Part shown: positions 53,470 to 63,876 of the stretch, in pieces
Numbering within the stretch: the stretch's first letter is position 1
Layout: every line of letters starts with the position of its first letter
Source of the DNA: Octopus sinensis
Taxonomy: Eukaryota
DNA length: 64,000 nucleotides
Assembly: GCF_006345805.1 (NCBI RefSeq)
Contig: NC_043010.1
Coordinates: forward strand, 59,768,001-59,832,000
Reading direction: 5' to 3'
The notes under the pieces: generated by a model
What the model saw: only the letters and a program-made list of their open reading frames with translations
Told to the model about the DNA's origin: nothing
Databases searched by the model: none
Program-made: the position numbers and the translations under genes

Positions 53470-53853
53470 TACCTTTTTCTCTTGAAAAACGCCGCCGCCG
53501 TGGTGATCTCATTCTCGCCCTCAACATCATAAGCGGAAAGCGTAACCTCTCGAAAGAGCTGTTCTTCACTCCTGCTCCAGAGCGTCGGCTGCGGGGTCAT
53601 TCCGAAAAGCTCTACCTGCGACGATTTCATCTCAATCGAAGGAGAGGAGCTTTCTCCGTCCGGGTTGCGGATCCGTGGAACAAGCTGCCAGACGAGATGG
53701 TGAAGATGCCGACGACCGCTTTGTTCAAAGCCTCCCTGGACCTCAAGTGGCCTGAACTCTTTACATGAACACCACTCTGTACTTAACTCCATGTCCCCCT
53801 ACATGGCCTTGCTATTTGCTTTTAAGCCAAATTAACTAATTAACTAACTAACT
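53470..53853 (+). mobile_element. Young 5'-truncated CR1-clade LINE
   Basis: Open frame LEKRRRRGDLILALNIISGKRNLSKELFFTPAPERRLRGHSEKLYLRRFHLNRRRGAFSVRVADPWNKLPDEMVKMPTTALFKASLDLKWPELFT* fits the CR1 ORF2 C-terminus; (TAAC)n tail; absent at the homologous U7 site (~61525). Confidence 0.9.
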
Positions 53854-53859
53854 ATCCTT

Positions 53860-55018
53860 TGAATCCACCTACATTTTTGGTGACCACTGCAGTGTAGGAC
53901 CAGAACCACTTATCTGCCTTCACTAAATTATCGTTATTCGCTTCAAGCAATATATGGGCAGTCATAAACGTTTGTGCATTTATATTTGGTATTGTGGAGA
54001 TGTTGATTAGTCTATCTTTCAACAATACACCAAACTTATCATATAATAATAATAATGAAATTATTGTATGCAGAGCTGAGGTGCACCACAACATGTCAAA
54101 AGTGCATATAAAACACTTAACCCATGGAATTTAAACCTGTCAGTCTGGAGGCCACATGTTTGTTATTACATAATTATAAAGGGTGTATGGAGGCCACATG
54201 TTTGTTATTACGTAATTAGAAAGAGTGTATGACATCCATTCGTGGGTTACATGGTCTTTGCGAGAAGGTGTTGAGACGAGCTGAAACACCTTCGATCTTC
54301 CACTGCATACTTCATTCATCCAGAACTTAACAACTATCTCCAGCACTTCAAACCACATCAATTCTAAGACTCTGTGGAAATATGTGAGGTGCTATGACAT
54401 TATCTTCATTACTAACCAGCCTTAAAACTCACAATTGCTGGAAACGGAATGTGCATTGCTCTTGCAACATCAGAAAGTAACAACATAGTCATCTGCCATT
54501 TCTCCTGTGAGACTTCTGACTTGGTGAAAGTTTTTTGCATCAGTGAGGAACCAAAGTACACTGTATTTGTGAGGGTTTTTAACCTCATTAAATAACCTCT
54601 TGGCACAGGTCAAATGATTTTCTTGGTTCTTTGGAGACAAGAATTAGCCTCTCCTCAGTACATAGGACAGGTGTCAAATGTGCTTGTGCACCTCAGTTCT
54701 GAGAGTCCATTCCAATGCTTGAATTTCCTTTACCATGGCCTCCTTTACTGGTTTTCTGGGATCATAATCAATAATGTTCTGAATCCATTGGATGAACTGC
54801 AGTGTCTTTCTAAAGTCTAAACATTTAGAAGAATTTAGTTCTCTTTAATACACTTCAAAAATTCTTGCTAGAGGCTTCCAATTCTACACAAACTTTGAGT
54901 ACAAAAGATCTTGCAGCATTTTACAAAGTTGGTAATATCTAAATTGCTGTGTTCCTCACTTATGTCAACAATAACTGCCTGTCTTTTTTTTTCATTTCTT
55001 TAGCATTTTATCTGACAT
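53860..55018 (-). mobile_element. Decayed Tc1/mariner-superfamily transposase
   Basis: Minus-strand fragments KRQAVIV, SYVLRRG*FLS, LWFLTDAKNF, MHIPFPAIV, VSNEDNVIAPHIFPQSLR, EVLEIVVKFW...VFQLVSTPS, WPP, VVTKNVGGF resemble the mariner DDD-transposase motifs WFFSDEK, FQQDSAP and WPPNSPDL. Confidence 0.7.
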
Positions 55019-55155
55019 AGTGTATCTGAAAAAATATACATCTTTTAATTGCTTCAAGTAATATACGGATAATTCAATATACTCAAAATACTTAATTACT
55101 CAAATTTATTCTATAACATTACAGTATAACTGGTTGCTGTTTTATTTTACAGCAG

Positions 55156-55306
55156 AAATACAGTCAACCGATTGAGGTGACATCTTATGGAGACAACAGA
55201 CCATCTTCTAACTATCCCACTGACACATTGACCAGTCGTAAGAGCAGTGGACAGTGCTGGAGTGAGCGGTCAAGCAGACAGTATGAAGAAATACCAGCAA
55301 TGTCAG
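55156..55306 (+). CDS. PCDH: U6 exon 3 (alternative start 55153)
   Basis: Identical peptide to U5 exon 3; GTAGGA donor. Confidence 0.9.
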
Positions 55307-55476
55307 GTAGGATAACAATCCATTCTCATTTAATATTACAGTAATTCATTACTAATTATTGTACTAATTATTGTTGTATACTCTGAGATGTAATTACTTC
55401 TGTCTGTGTGTCCCTAGAGTATATCTGATGATGGTGATTGTTTCAGACATTGCTACATTAAAACAATGTTTTGCAG

Positions 55477-55595
55477 GGATCTATGGTAGCCAACAGGATA
55501 CACCAGTGAACCCCGAAAGGCAACAGTATCAAGACAGATATGTGAAACCTCCAGAGAGACAGTTACCTTCAACACCAGATGTCATTACTAACTGA
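55477..55595 (+). CDS. PCDH: U6 terminal exon 4
   Basis: Same peptide as U5 exon 4. Confidence 0.85.
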
Positions 55596-56184
55596 CCACT
55601 GGTCATTTAACTAAATATTGACCCTTTACAATAATATTTCAAATAACCACCAACTCCCTTCACTCACACAAACTAATATAAATATAATAACTTCTCTCAT
55701 TACCTCACAATTACAATATTATATTCCAACCTATGATAGAATATATGGACACTAACAGTGAAGTCAGCAACATTTCAAACCACACACACACACACACACA
55801 CTTAATGTTTTATATACGCTCCTCTTTTCTCTAATATTCTCAGTTAGGTGATTTTTATATTTCCCAAATATCTCTGGAATTAAATTAGAATACGTTTAAA
55901 ATATATTTCTTTATTTTTTACAACAGTGTTATTAAAATCTAACACTTAGGAAATTATATTTAAAAATGGTACCAAAATAAACCTGCCTGAAAATTAGAAT
56001 ATCCCTTCTCTATTTGTTCCTGCATCCTCCATTATAGGTTGGGTGTATATTTAGGTCAGACACATCTTAACCAGAACTGTTCTATATTAACATCATTTGT
56101 TAGTAATATATTTACCAATATCAGTGATGTTTTGTTAATATGAGATCCGTATGAAACACTGAATATATATATATATATCTATGC

Positions 56185-56216
<32 letters not shown>

Positions 56217-56218
<2 letters not shown>

Positions 56219-56363
56219 ATCAGACATGTTGGTGTTATATGGACTTCTTATGGCTGACTGTTAGTGGAGCTGATATTGTTTGTTCTCTTTCTTTCTTTCC
56301 CTCTTCTCTTTGAGGGAAACACAGCATCTTGTGTGTGTGAGTCTGGAGCAAGCATCACCCATC
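56217..56363 (+). promoter_or_regulatory. Conserved upstream blocks A+B of U7
   Basis: Near-identical to U6 and U8. Confidence 0.65.
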
Positions 56364-56426
56364 CCTCCTCTCTCTCTCTCTCTCTTACACGCATATGCAC
56401 ACACACACACTCACTAAACATCACAC

Positions 56427-56603
56427 ATCCACAAAGGAAGACTGAGAGGGAACTGCTGGTTCCCACTGACTCACCACCAACACTATTCCATCAACATGAA
56501 GCCATTGTCACACCATAGCAGCAGTGACACAGACAACCATTAACAACAGAACATTGGGACCAAGTCACACTTTATACAACAAAGGATTTTACACACAATG
56601 AAG
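56427..56603 (+). other. Leader exon 1 of U7
   Basis: Conserved block; uORF 56496-56543; donor GTAAGT at 56604. Confidence 0.75.
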
Positions 56604-58465
56604 GTAAGTCTATGAATGTTTATTTGGTATTATTAAGATATTTGACTGATGATTGTTGTAGAAACTTTCTTCAGCCATCTTTTACTATAGAATATAACAA
56701 ATAGAAATTATGTCAGTAGACATTTAAATATGGTCTTTGCCAGTTACACGCTTTCTCTTGATATTTATATGTTCATGATTGATATTTTGCTGTTAGGAAG
56801 TGTGAAATAATATTTAATTATGGTTATTTTCCAAGTGAAATATATTTAAATCCAGTCAGTTTGTTGTCTCTTATTTGCAGACATCTTCCTATTATTATCA
56901 GTATTGATAATGTATAATATATAACCAGAAGATGTTCTTTATTGTGTGTATTTAAAAAAGAATCTGAGTGTTTCTTGTGAAGGATGTTTTGAGAGAGTCA
57001 AGTATCATTATTGTGTTTATATGTAAGAATGGGTTATATTAATATAAAATATTAAAGTGAAACTGGGAGAAGAGTTGACAAGATGGTGGTTTAGTGTCAA
57101 CATAAATAATCAATATTGTGTTGTGGTATTCTTTAAGTCTTTCTGAATTTAATATAAGATTTTATAGGTTTTAATCTGTTTGTTGTATTCATACTGAAAC
57201 AGTGTCCAATTTTGGTCTTGTTTAATGAATATCTTTTAATTAAATGCCGTTTATATAGATTTCCAGTATTGAATGAGGAAATTTTTCTGTCATTCAATAT
57301 TTCTTGGAAAAATGAAAGTAATTTCATTTTAATTTTTTGTAAAATATATTATTTCATTTAAAATGTAATAACTGTATTTTTGTAACTTAATTGCCATTTG
57401 TATATGGAAGTGAATATATAATGTTGCTAGCTTTCTGATTCGATATTTTTAATTAGAATTTCCAAAATTGATCCAATGCAACCATGAGAATTGTAGTAGA
57501 TAAATGAAGAATATTGACCAGTTTTAATTGTAAATTTTTTGTCTTTTCCTTAATTGCCAATTCTCTAAATTAATATGACCTCTTCATTGACAATCCTCTC
57601 TACGCTATTTCCCTAGTGATTTTAACTTTTCCCCAAATTATTAGTCATTATTAAATAAGATAAATGTTTAAAGTTATTGTGTGAAATATATATTCACCAT
57701 TACACACAGACATATTTTTTACTAGAAAGACCTTGTTTAAATACCTTATAGAGAAAAATACACCTTTTGTAGCAATTCCCAAGTTTTCCATTTATTTATG
57801 TTGCCTCTCAAATCTGTTTTATATCGTTTTAATGCCAGACTTTGAGGGGGGAAAGTAACTTTGTGTCATCCTTTGAACCATTGGCATGCTTCAATCTTGT
57901 TGCTTGATTTGCTGATAATAGCAACTACTTTACCCTCTGTCTAAAGATAGCAATGGATATTATGAAGCTTTGTTAAAGATTTTACATATATAATATCATC
58001 ACCAACACCATCATCTTCAGTAATGTCTCAGATATTATTATGGTTAATAAAGGCAAAGCAGAAAGAAATAGAAAGACAATAAAAGATGTCTTTTTTGATG
58101 TGTGTTAGGGATAAGACGATCAAGAGTTTTTTTCATCCAGTCACATCCTTCCTCGAATGTCAGTCTTTCTTCTGTGTGTGTTCTGGTTTGGGTTTTTATC
58201 TGATGGACAGTTCACTTTGTTTTGCTGATTGTTAAACTATACGTCTGATCCAAGTAAAATGAGTTTTTCTCTTCTTGTTGGGATGTAGTGGATTATATTT
58301 TTATTGTCTACAACTCAACTCCCAAATTACAATTAAAATTACAACATTATTGTGAATGAAATTCACGAAATAACTATTATAAATCTGTTATTTGTTTCTG
58401 TAATGTGACTGACAGTTGTGTACCTTTATATTTTCAGATCAATTGACTGGTATTTAACTCAACAA

Positions 58466-60814
58466 ATGAAGATGGTCTTAATAGCGATATGGATATTACA
58501 GTCTCTGCTTCACTGTTCTGTCTCTAAAGACATTGTTTACCATGTGAAAGAAGAGAACAGTCCTGTTATCAACATAGGAGACATTACTGCTGATTCCCAG
58601 TTAAAGGACACTGCATTATTATCGTTCAGTCAGTTGCAACAGAAGGGAACACAGCTGTTTAATGTGACCACCACTGGGAAGATATACACCACACAAACAC
58701 TGGATGCTGAGTCTCTGTGTACTTTTGAGAAAGAATGCTTTCACACAATTAAGGTAGCCGTTCATAAAGCAGGTAAATTTATAAAGATATTGAAAATTAA
58801 GGTGATTATAGAAGACATCAATGACCATCAACCAGAGTTTCCTGTGGAAGAAATTCAATTAACATTTGGAGAAGGAGAAAGAAACGGTATGAAAAAGTCC
58901 ATCCCCAATGCCATTGACAAAGATGTTGGATTACAGAACAGATTAGTGAATTATGAATTGAAGGGAAATAACCAACAGTTTTCTTTGTCCACATTCAAAA
59001 GAGCAGACGGAGTATCATTTCTTGAAATTATATTAGAAGGAAAGTTAGACAGAGAGACGAAAGACAGCTATAATATAGAAGTGATTGCTAAGGATGGAGG
59101 AACTCCACCCAAACAGGGTGTCTTAAATGTGCACATAACTGTGAAAGATGAAAATGATAACAGACCAATTTTCTCTGAGAAAACATACAATGTCTCTATA
59201 CAAAATAACCATCAAAGAAATATACCAGTTGTTGTAATGATGGCAAAAGATTCTGACATTGGAGAAAATGGTAAAGTTTCATATTATATCAGCCCAACAA
59301 CATCAACAGAATCAAAAGATAATTTTATTATAAATGAGAAAACTGGAGAAATATTCTTAAACAAAGAATCACAATTTGACAAAATGAAATCATTTAAATT
59401 ATACATTGAAGCCAGAGATGGTGGTAACTCCCCTCTCAGTTCCATAGCAACGGTTATGGTAAATGTCATAAATGAACACAACAATCCCCCAAATATTGAT
59501 GTGAACTTTATTTCTACACAGAATCACAACACAGCTACCATTCTGGAAGACATCAAAGTTGGTAGTTTCATTGCTTATGTGATGGTCACTGACAATGATG
59601 TTGGACACAATGGACAGGTGAACTGTCATATCAAAGATGACACATTCAAACTACAGTCAATGGGATCAAAGGAATATAAAATAGTTCTAAAGAAAGCAGT
59701 GGACAGAGAGACACAGGAACATTATCACTTTACTGTGTCGTGTGAAGATAAAGGATTACCTGCTCTGAAAACTGATAAAGATCTGTCAATCCAAGTGTTG
59801 GATGTGAATGATGTAGAACCACACTTTACGAAAGACACATTCAAGTTCCTTACCTATGAGAATGACAAAGCTAATTTCCCTATTGGCTTTATCAATGCTA
59901 CAGACCCAGATATTGGTAAGGGAGGTGAATTGTCTTATTCTCTGAGAAATAAACAGCAATATCGTCTGCCATTCCAGATTATCAACTCTGGCTTTATTTC
60001 AACAAACCAGTCTTTAGACAGAGAACACAGAGATTTCTATGAGTTTGAGGTTTTTGTGAAAGACAATGGAAGCCCATCTCTGAATAACACAGTGAATGTT
60101 GAAGTGGAAGTATTGGATAGAAATGATAATGCTCCATATTTTACATTTCCTAGTGTTGACCCTTTCACTCTTAATGTCCACTATCATCCGCAAAGTAAGA
60201 ACGACATCACAGTTCTGAAAGCATCTGATATAGACAGTCACATGAATGCTTTTCTCAGGTACGAAATCGTTTCAGGTAACGAGAGACAGTTATTCAAACT
60301 CGACTCATTCACCGGTGTGTTGTCTTACTCTCGCACAGTTTACCAAAATGATGCCGGATCATATGAGCTTGAGTTTGTTGTGAAAGACAGTGGCACTCCA
60401 GTTCTGTCAGCAACAACTAGTGTGTCTTTGACACTGACTGTTAGTAACAAGACGTCACCAATGTTCACAGCTGTGCACCTACCAAGTGATAACACAATAG
60501 ATGCGACATTGTTGATTATCATTGTAGTAGCAGCTGTGATAGTATCTATAGCTATTGTGGTTTCTATAACCCTGTGTATTGTGAGATGTAACAATGTGAG
60601 AAATAGCTCATCTGAAAGAACAGCAGAAGAGAAACAGGCATACCAATGTCGCAATGAGATGAGACAGTTGATCTATCAAGGTAACAACAGTGTACCTGTG
60701 ATGTCCGGTAATCGAGGAGAGATGACAGACAGATATGGTCATTCGAGGAGCCATTACTATCCAGATGACTGGAAGATGTCTACAATGAACAGAACACTTC
60801 AGAAATCTACACGG
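58466..60814 (+). CDS. PCDH: Protocadherin U7 large exon
   Basis: Acceptor ttttcag at 58437; ATG 58466; six EC plus TM; phase-0 donor CGG/GTAAGT. Joining to 62830-62980 and 63151-63269 gives ~872 aa in frame. Confidence 0.95.
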
Positions 60815-61125
60815 GTAAGTATTATTTGGAATATACATATTGTAAGTTTGTCTTCGTGTTGTAATAATTTCACTGCTGTAAATATTACTTGGTGACATAT
60901 ATCTGATAAATTTTCCTCTCAGAATTGTGTATCGTGTGTTTCGTATGTGATTTACTTGAAGACACTTTGTATAACCCAACACCATAGGCAGTAAATTGGT
61001 CAGAATGTGGCCATAGATATATAGCTTGGCAGTAGATTGGTGCAGTGGGGAATATGTATCTCTTAAATGACTTGTGTTAATTAGTTACACCTTTTTATGC
61101 TAAAAGATGACTTTCTTTATTCGTT

Positions 61126-61447
61126 CCTGACTTCCGTGCAAGTGGCATGTAGGAGGCACCATTCGAGCGGGATCATTACCAGCATCGCCTTACTGGCACC
61201 TGTGCCCTTAGTATATGTAAAAAATTCAAGCGAGCTTGTTGCCAGTACCGCCTGACTGGCTCCCATGCCGGTGGCACATAAAGGCACCCACTACACTCTT
61301 GGAGTGGTTGGCATTAGGAAGGGCATCCAAGTGTAGGAATTCTCCCAGATCAAGACTGGAGCCGGTGCAGCCACCTGGTTTGCCAGCCCACAGTCAAACC
61401 ACCCATGCTGGCAAGGAAAGCGGATGTTAAACAATGATGATGATGAT
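61126..61447 (+). mobile_element. SINE-like insertion with (GAT)n tail, specific to U7
   Basis: ...ttggagtggttggcattaggaagggcatcc...cccatgctggcaaggaaagcggatgttaaacaatgatgatg; absent at the homologous U6 site (~53385). Confidence 0.8.
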
Positions 61448-61534
61448 GATGATATAAGCATCCTAGAATTGCCAGAATCAGTAGATGAAATGCCCTGTTG
61501 TATTTATTCTGACTTCTTACCTTTTTATCCTTTG

Positions 61535-62692
61535 AATCCACCTACATTTTTGGTGACCACTGCAGTGTGGGACCAGAACCACTTGTCTGCCTTCACTAAA
61601 TTATCGTTATTCGCTTCAAGCAATATATGGGCAGTCATAAACGTTTGTGCATTTATATTTGGTATTGTGGAGATGTTGATTAGTCTATCTTTCAACAATA
61701 CACCAAACTTATCATATAATAATAATAATGAAATTATTGTATGCAGAGCTGAGGTGCACCACAACATGTCAAAAGTGCATATAAAACACTTAACCCATGG
61801 AATTTAAACCTGTCAGTCTGGAGGCCACATGTTTGTTATTACATAATTATAAAGGGTAGTATGTAGGCCACATGTTTGTTATTACGTAATTAGAAAGAGT
61901 GTATGACATCCATTCGTGGGTTACATGGTCTTTGCGAGAAGGTGTTGAGACGAGCTGAAACACCTTCGATCTTCCACTGCATACTTCATTCATCCAGAAC
62001 TTAACAACTATCTCCAGCACTTCAAACCACATCAATTCTAAGACTCTGTGGAAATATGTGAGGTGCTATGACATTATCTTCATTACTAACCAGCCTTAAA
62101 ACTCACAATTGCTGGAAACGGAATGTGCATTGCTCTTGCAACATCAGAAAGTAACAACATAGTCATCTGCCATTTCTCCTGTGAGACTTCTGACTTGGTG
62201 AAAGTTTTTTGCATCAGAGAGGAACCAAAGTACACTGTATTTGTGAGGATTTTTAACCTCGTTAAATAACCTCTTGGCACAGGTCAAATGATTTTCTTGG
62301 TTCTTTGGAGACAAGAATTAGCCTCTCCTCAGTACATAGGACAGGTGTCAAATGTGCTTGTGCACCTCAGTTCTGAGAGTCCATTCCAATGCTTGAATTT
62401 CCTTTACCATGGCCTCCTTTACTGGTTTTCTGGGATCATAATCAATAATGTTCTGAATCCATTGGATGAACTGCAGTGTCTTTCTAAAGTCTAAACATTT
62501 AGAAGAATTTAGTTCTCTTTAATACACTTCAAAAATTCTTGCTAGAGGCTTCCAATTCTACACAAACTTTGAGTACAAAAGATCTTGCAGCATTTTACAA
62601 AGTTGGTAATATCTAAATTGCTGTGTTCCTCACTTATGTCAACAATAACTGCCTGTCTTTTTTTTTCATTTCTTTAGCATTTTATCTGACAT
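61535..62692 (-). mobile_element. Second copy of the decayed Tc1/mariner transposase
   Basis: Near-identical to 53860-55018. Confidence 0.7.
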
Positions 62693-62829
62693 AGTGTATC
62701 TGAAAAAATATACATCTTTTAATTGCTTCAAGTAATATACGGATAATTCAATATACTCAAAATACTTAATTACTCAAATTTATTCTATAACATTACAGTA
62801 TAACTGGTTGCTGTTTTATTTTACAGCAG

Positions 62830-62980
62830 AAATACAGTCAACCGATTGAGGTGACATCTTATGGAGACAACAGACCATCTTCTAACTATCCCACTGACAC
62901 ATTGACCAGTCGTAAGAGCAGTGGACAGTGCTGGAGTGAGCGGTCAAGCAGACAGTATGAAGAAATACCAGCAATGTCAG
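62830..62980 (+). CDS. PCDH: U7 exon 3 (alternative start 62827)
   Basis: Identical to U6 exon 3. Confidence 0.9.
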
Positions 62981-63150
62981 GTAGGATAACAATCCATTCT
63001 CATTTAATATTACAGTAATTCATTACTAATTATTGTACTAATTATTGTTGTATACTCTGAGATGTAATTAGTTCTGTCTGTGTGTCCGTAGAGTATTTCT
63101 GATGATGGTGATTGTTTCAGACATTGCTACATTAAAACAATGTTTTGCAG

Positions 63151-63269
63151 GGATCTATGGTAGCCAACAGGATACACCAGTGAACCCCGAAAGGCAACAG
63201 TATCAAGACAGATATGTGAAACCTCCAGAGAGACAGTTACCTTCAACACCAGATGTCATTACTAACTGA
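63151..63269 (+). CDS. PCDH: U7 terminal exon 4
   Basis: Identical peptide to U5 and U6 exon 4. Confidence 0.85.
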
Positions 63270-63842
63270 CCACTGGTCATTTAACTAAATATTGACCCTT
63301 TACAATAATATTTCAAATAACCACCAACTCCCTTCACTCACACAAACTAATATAAATATAATAACTTCTCTCATTACCTCACAATTACAATATTATATTC
63401 CAACCTATGATAGAATATATGGACACTAACAGTGAAGTCAGCAACATTTCAAACCACACACTTAATGTTTTATATACGCTCCTCTTTTCTCTAATGTTCT
63501 CAGTTAGGTGATTTTTATATTTCCTAAATATCTCTGGAATTAAATTAGAATACGTTTAAAATATATTTCTTTATTTTTTACAGCAGTGTTATTAAAATCT
63601 AAGTCTTAGGAAATTATATTTAAAAATGATACCAAAATAAACCTGCCTGAAAATTAGAATATCCCTTCTCTATTTGTTCCTGCATCCTCCATTATAGGTT
63701 GGTTGTATATTTAGGTCAGACACATCTTAACCAGAACTGTTCTATATTAACATCATTTGTTAGTAATATATTTACCAATATCAGTGATGTTTTGTTAATA
63801 TGAGATCCGTATGAAACACTGAATATATATATATATCTATGC

Positions 63843-63874
<32 letters not shown>

Positions 63875-63876
<2 letters not shown>

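Noticed and set aside
56264-56518. ORF ending LVPTDSPPTLFHQHEAIVTP* through the leader block (also 48952-49185), as a hidden coding exon
   Set aside because: Non-ATG start, runs through CT/CA microsatellites whose length varies between units, and no consistent upstream acceptor
2501-56603. Regularly recurring identical blocks as a CRISPR-like or satellite array
   Set aside because: Eukaryotic gene context with kb-scale spacing; the repeats are exon and promoter parts of tandem genes
47820-63269. A single shared set of constant tail exons, as in vertebrate Pcdh-alpha/gamma clusters
   Set aside because: Every unit has its own exons 3 and 4 with intact splice sites and stop codon
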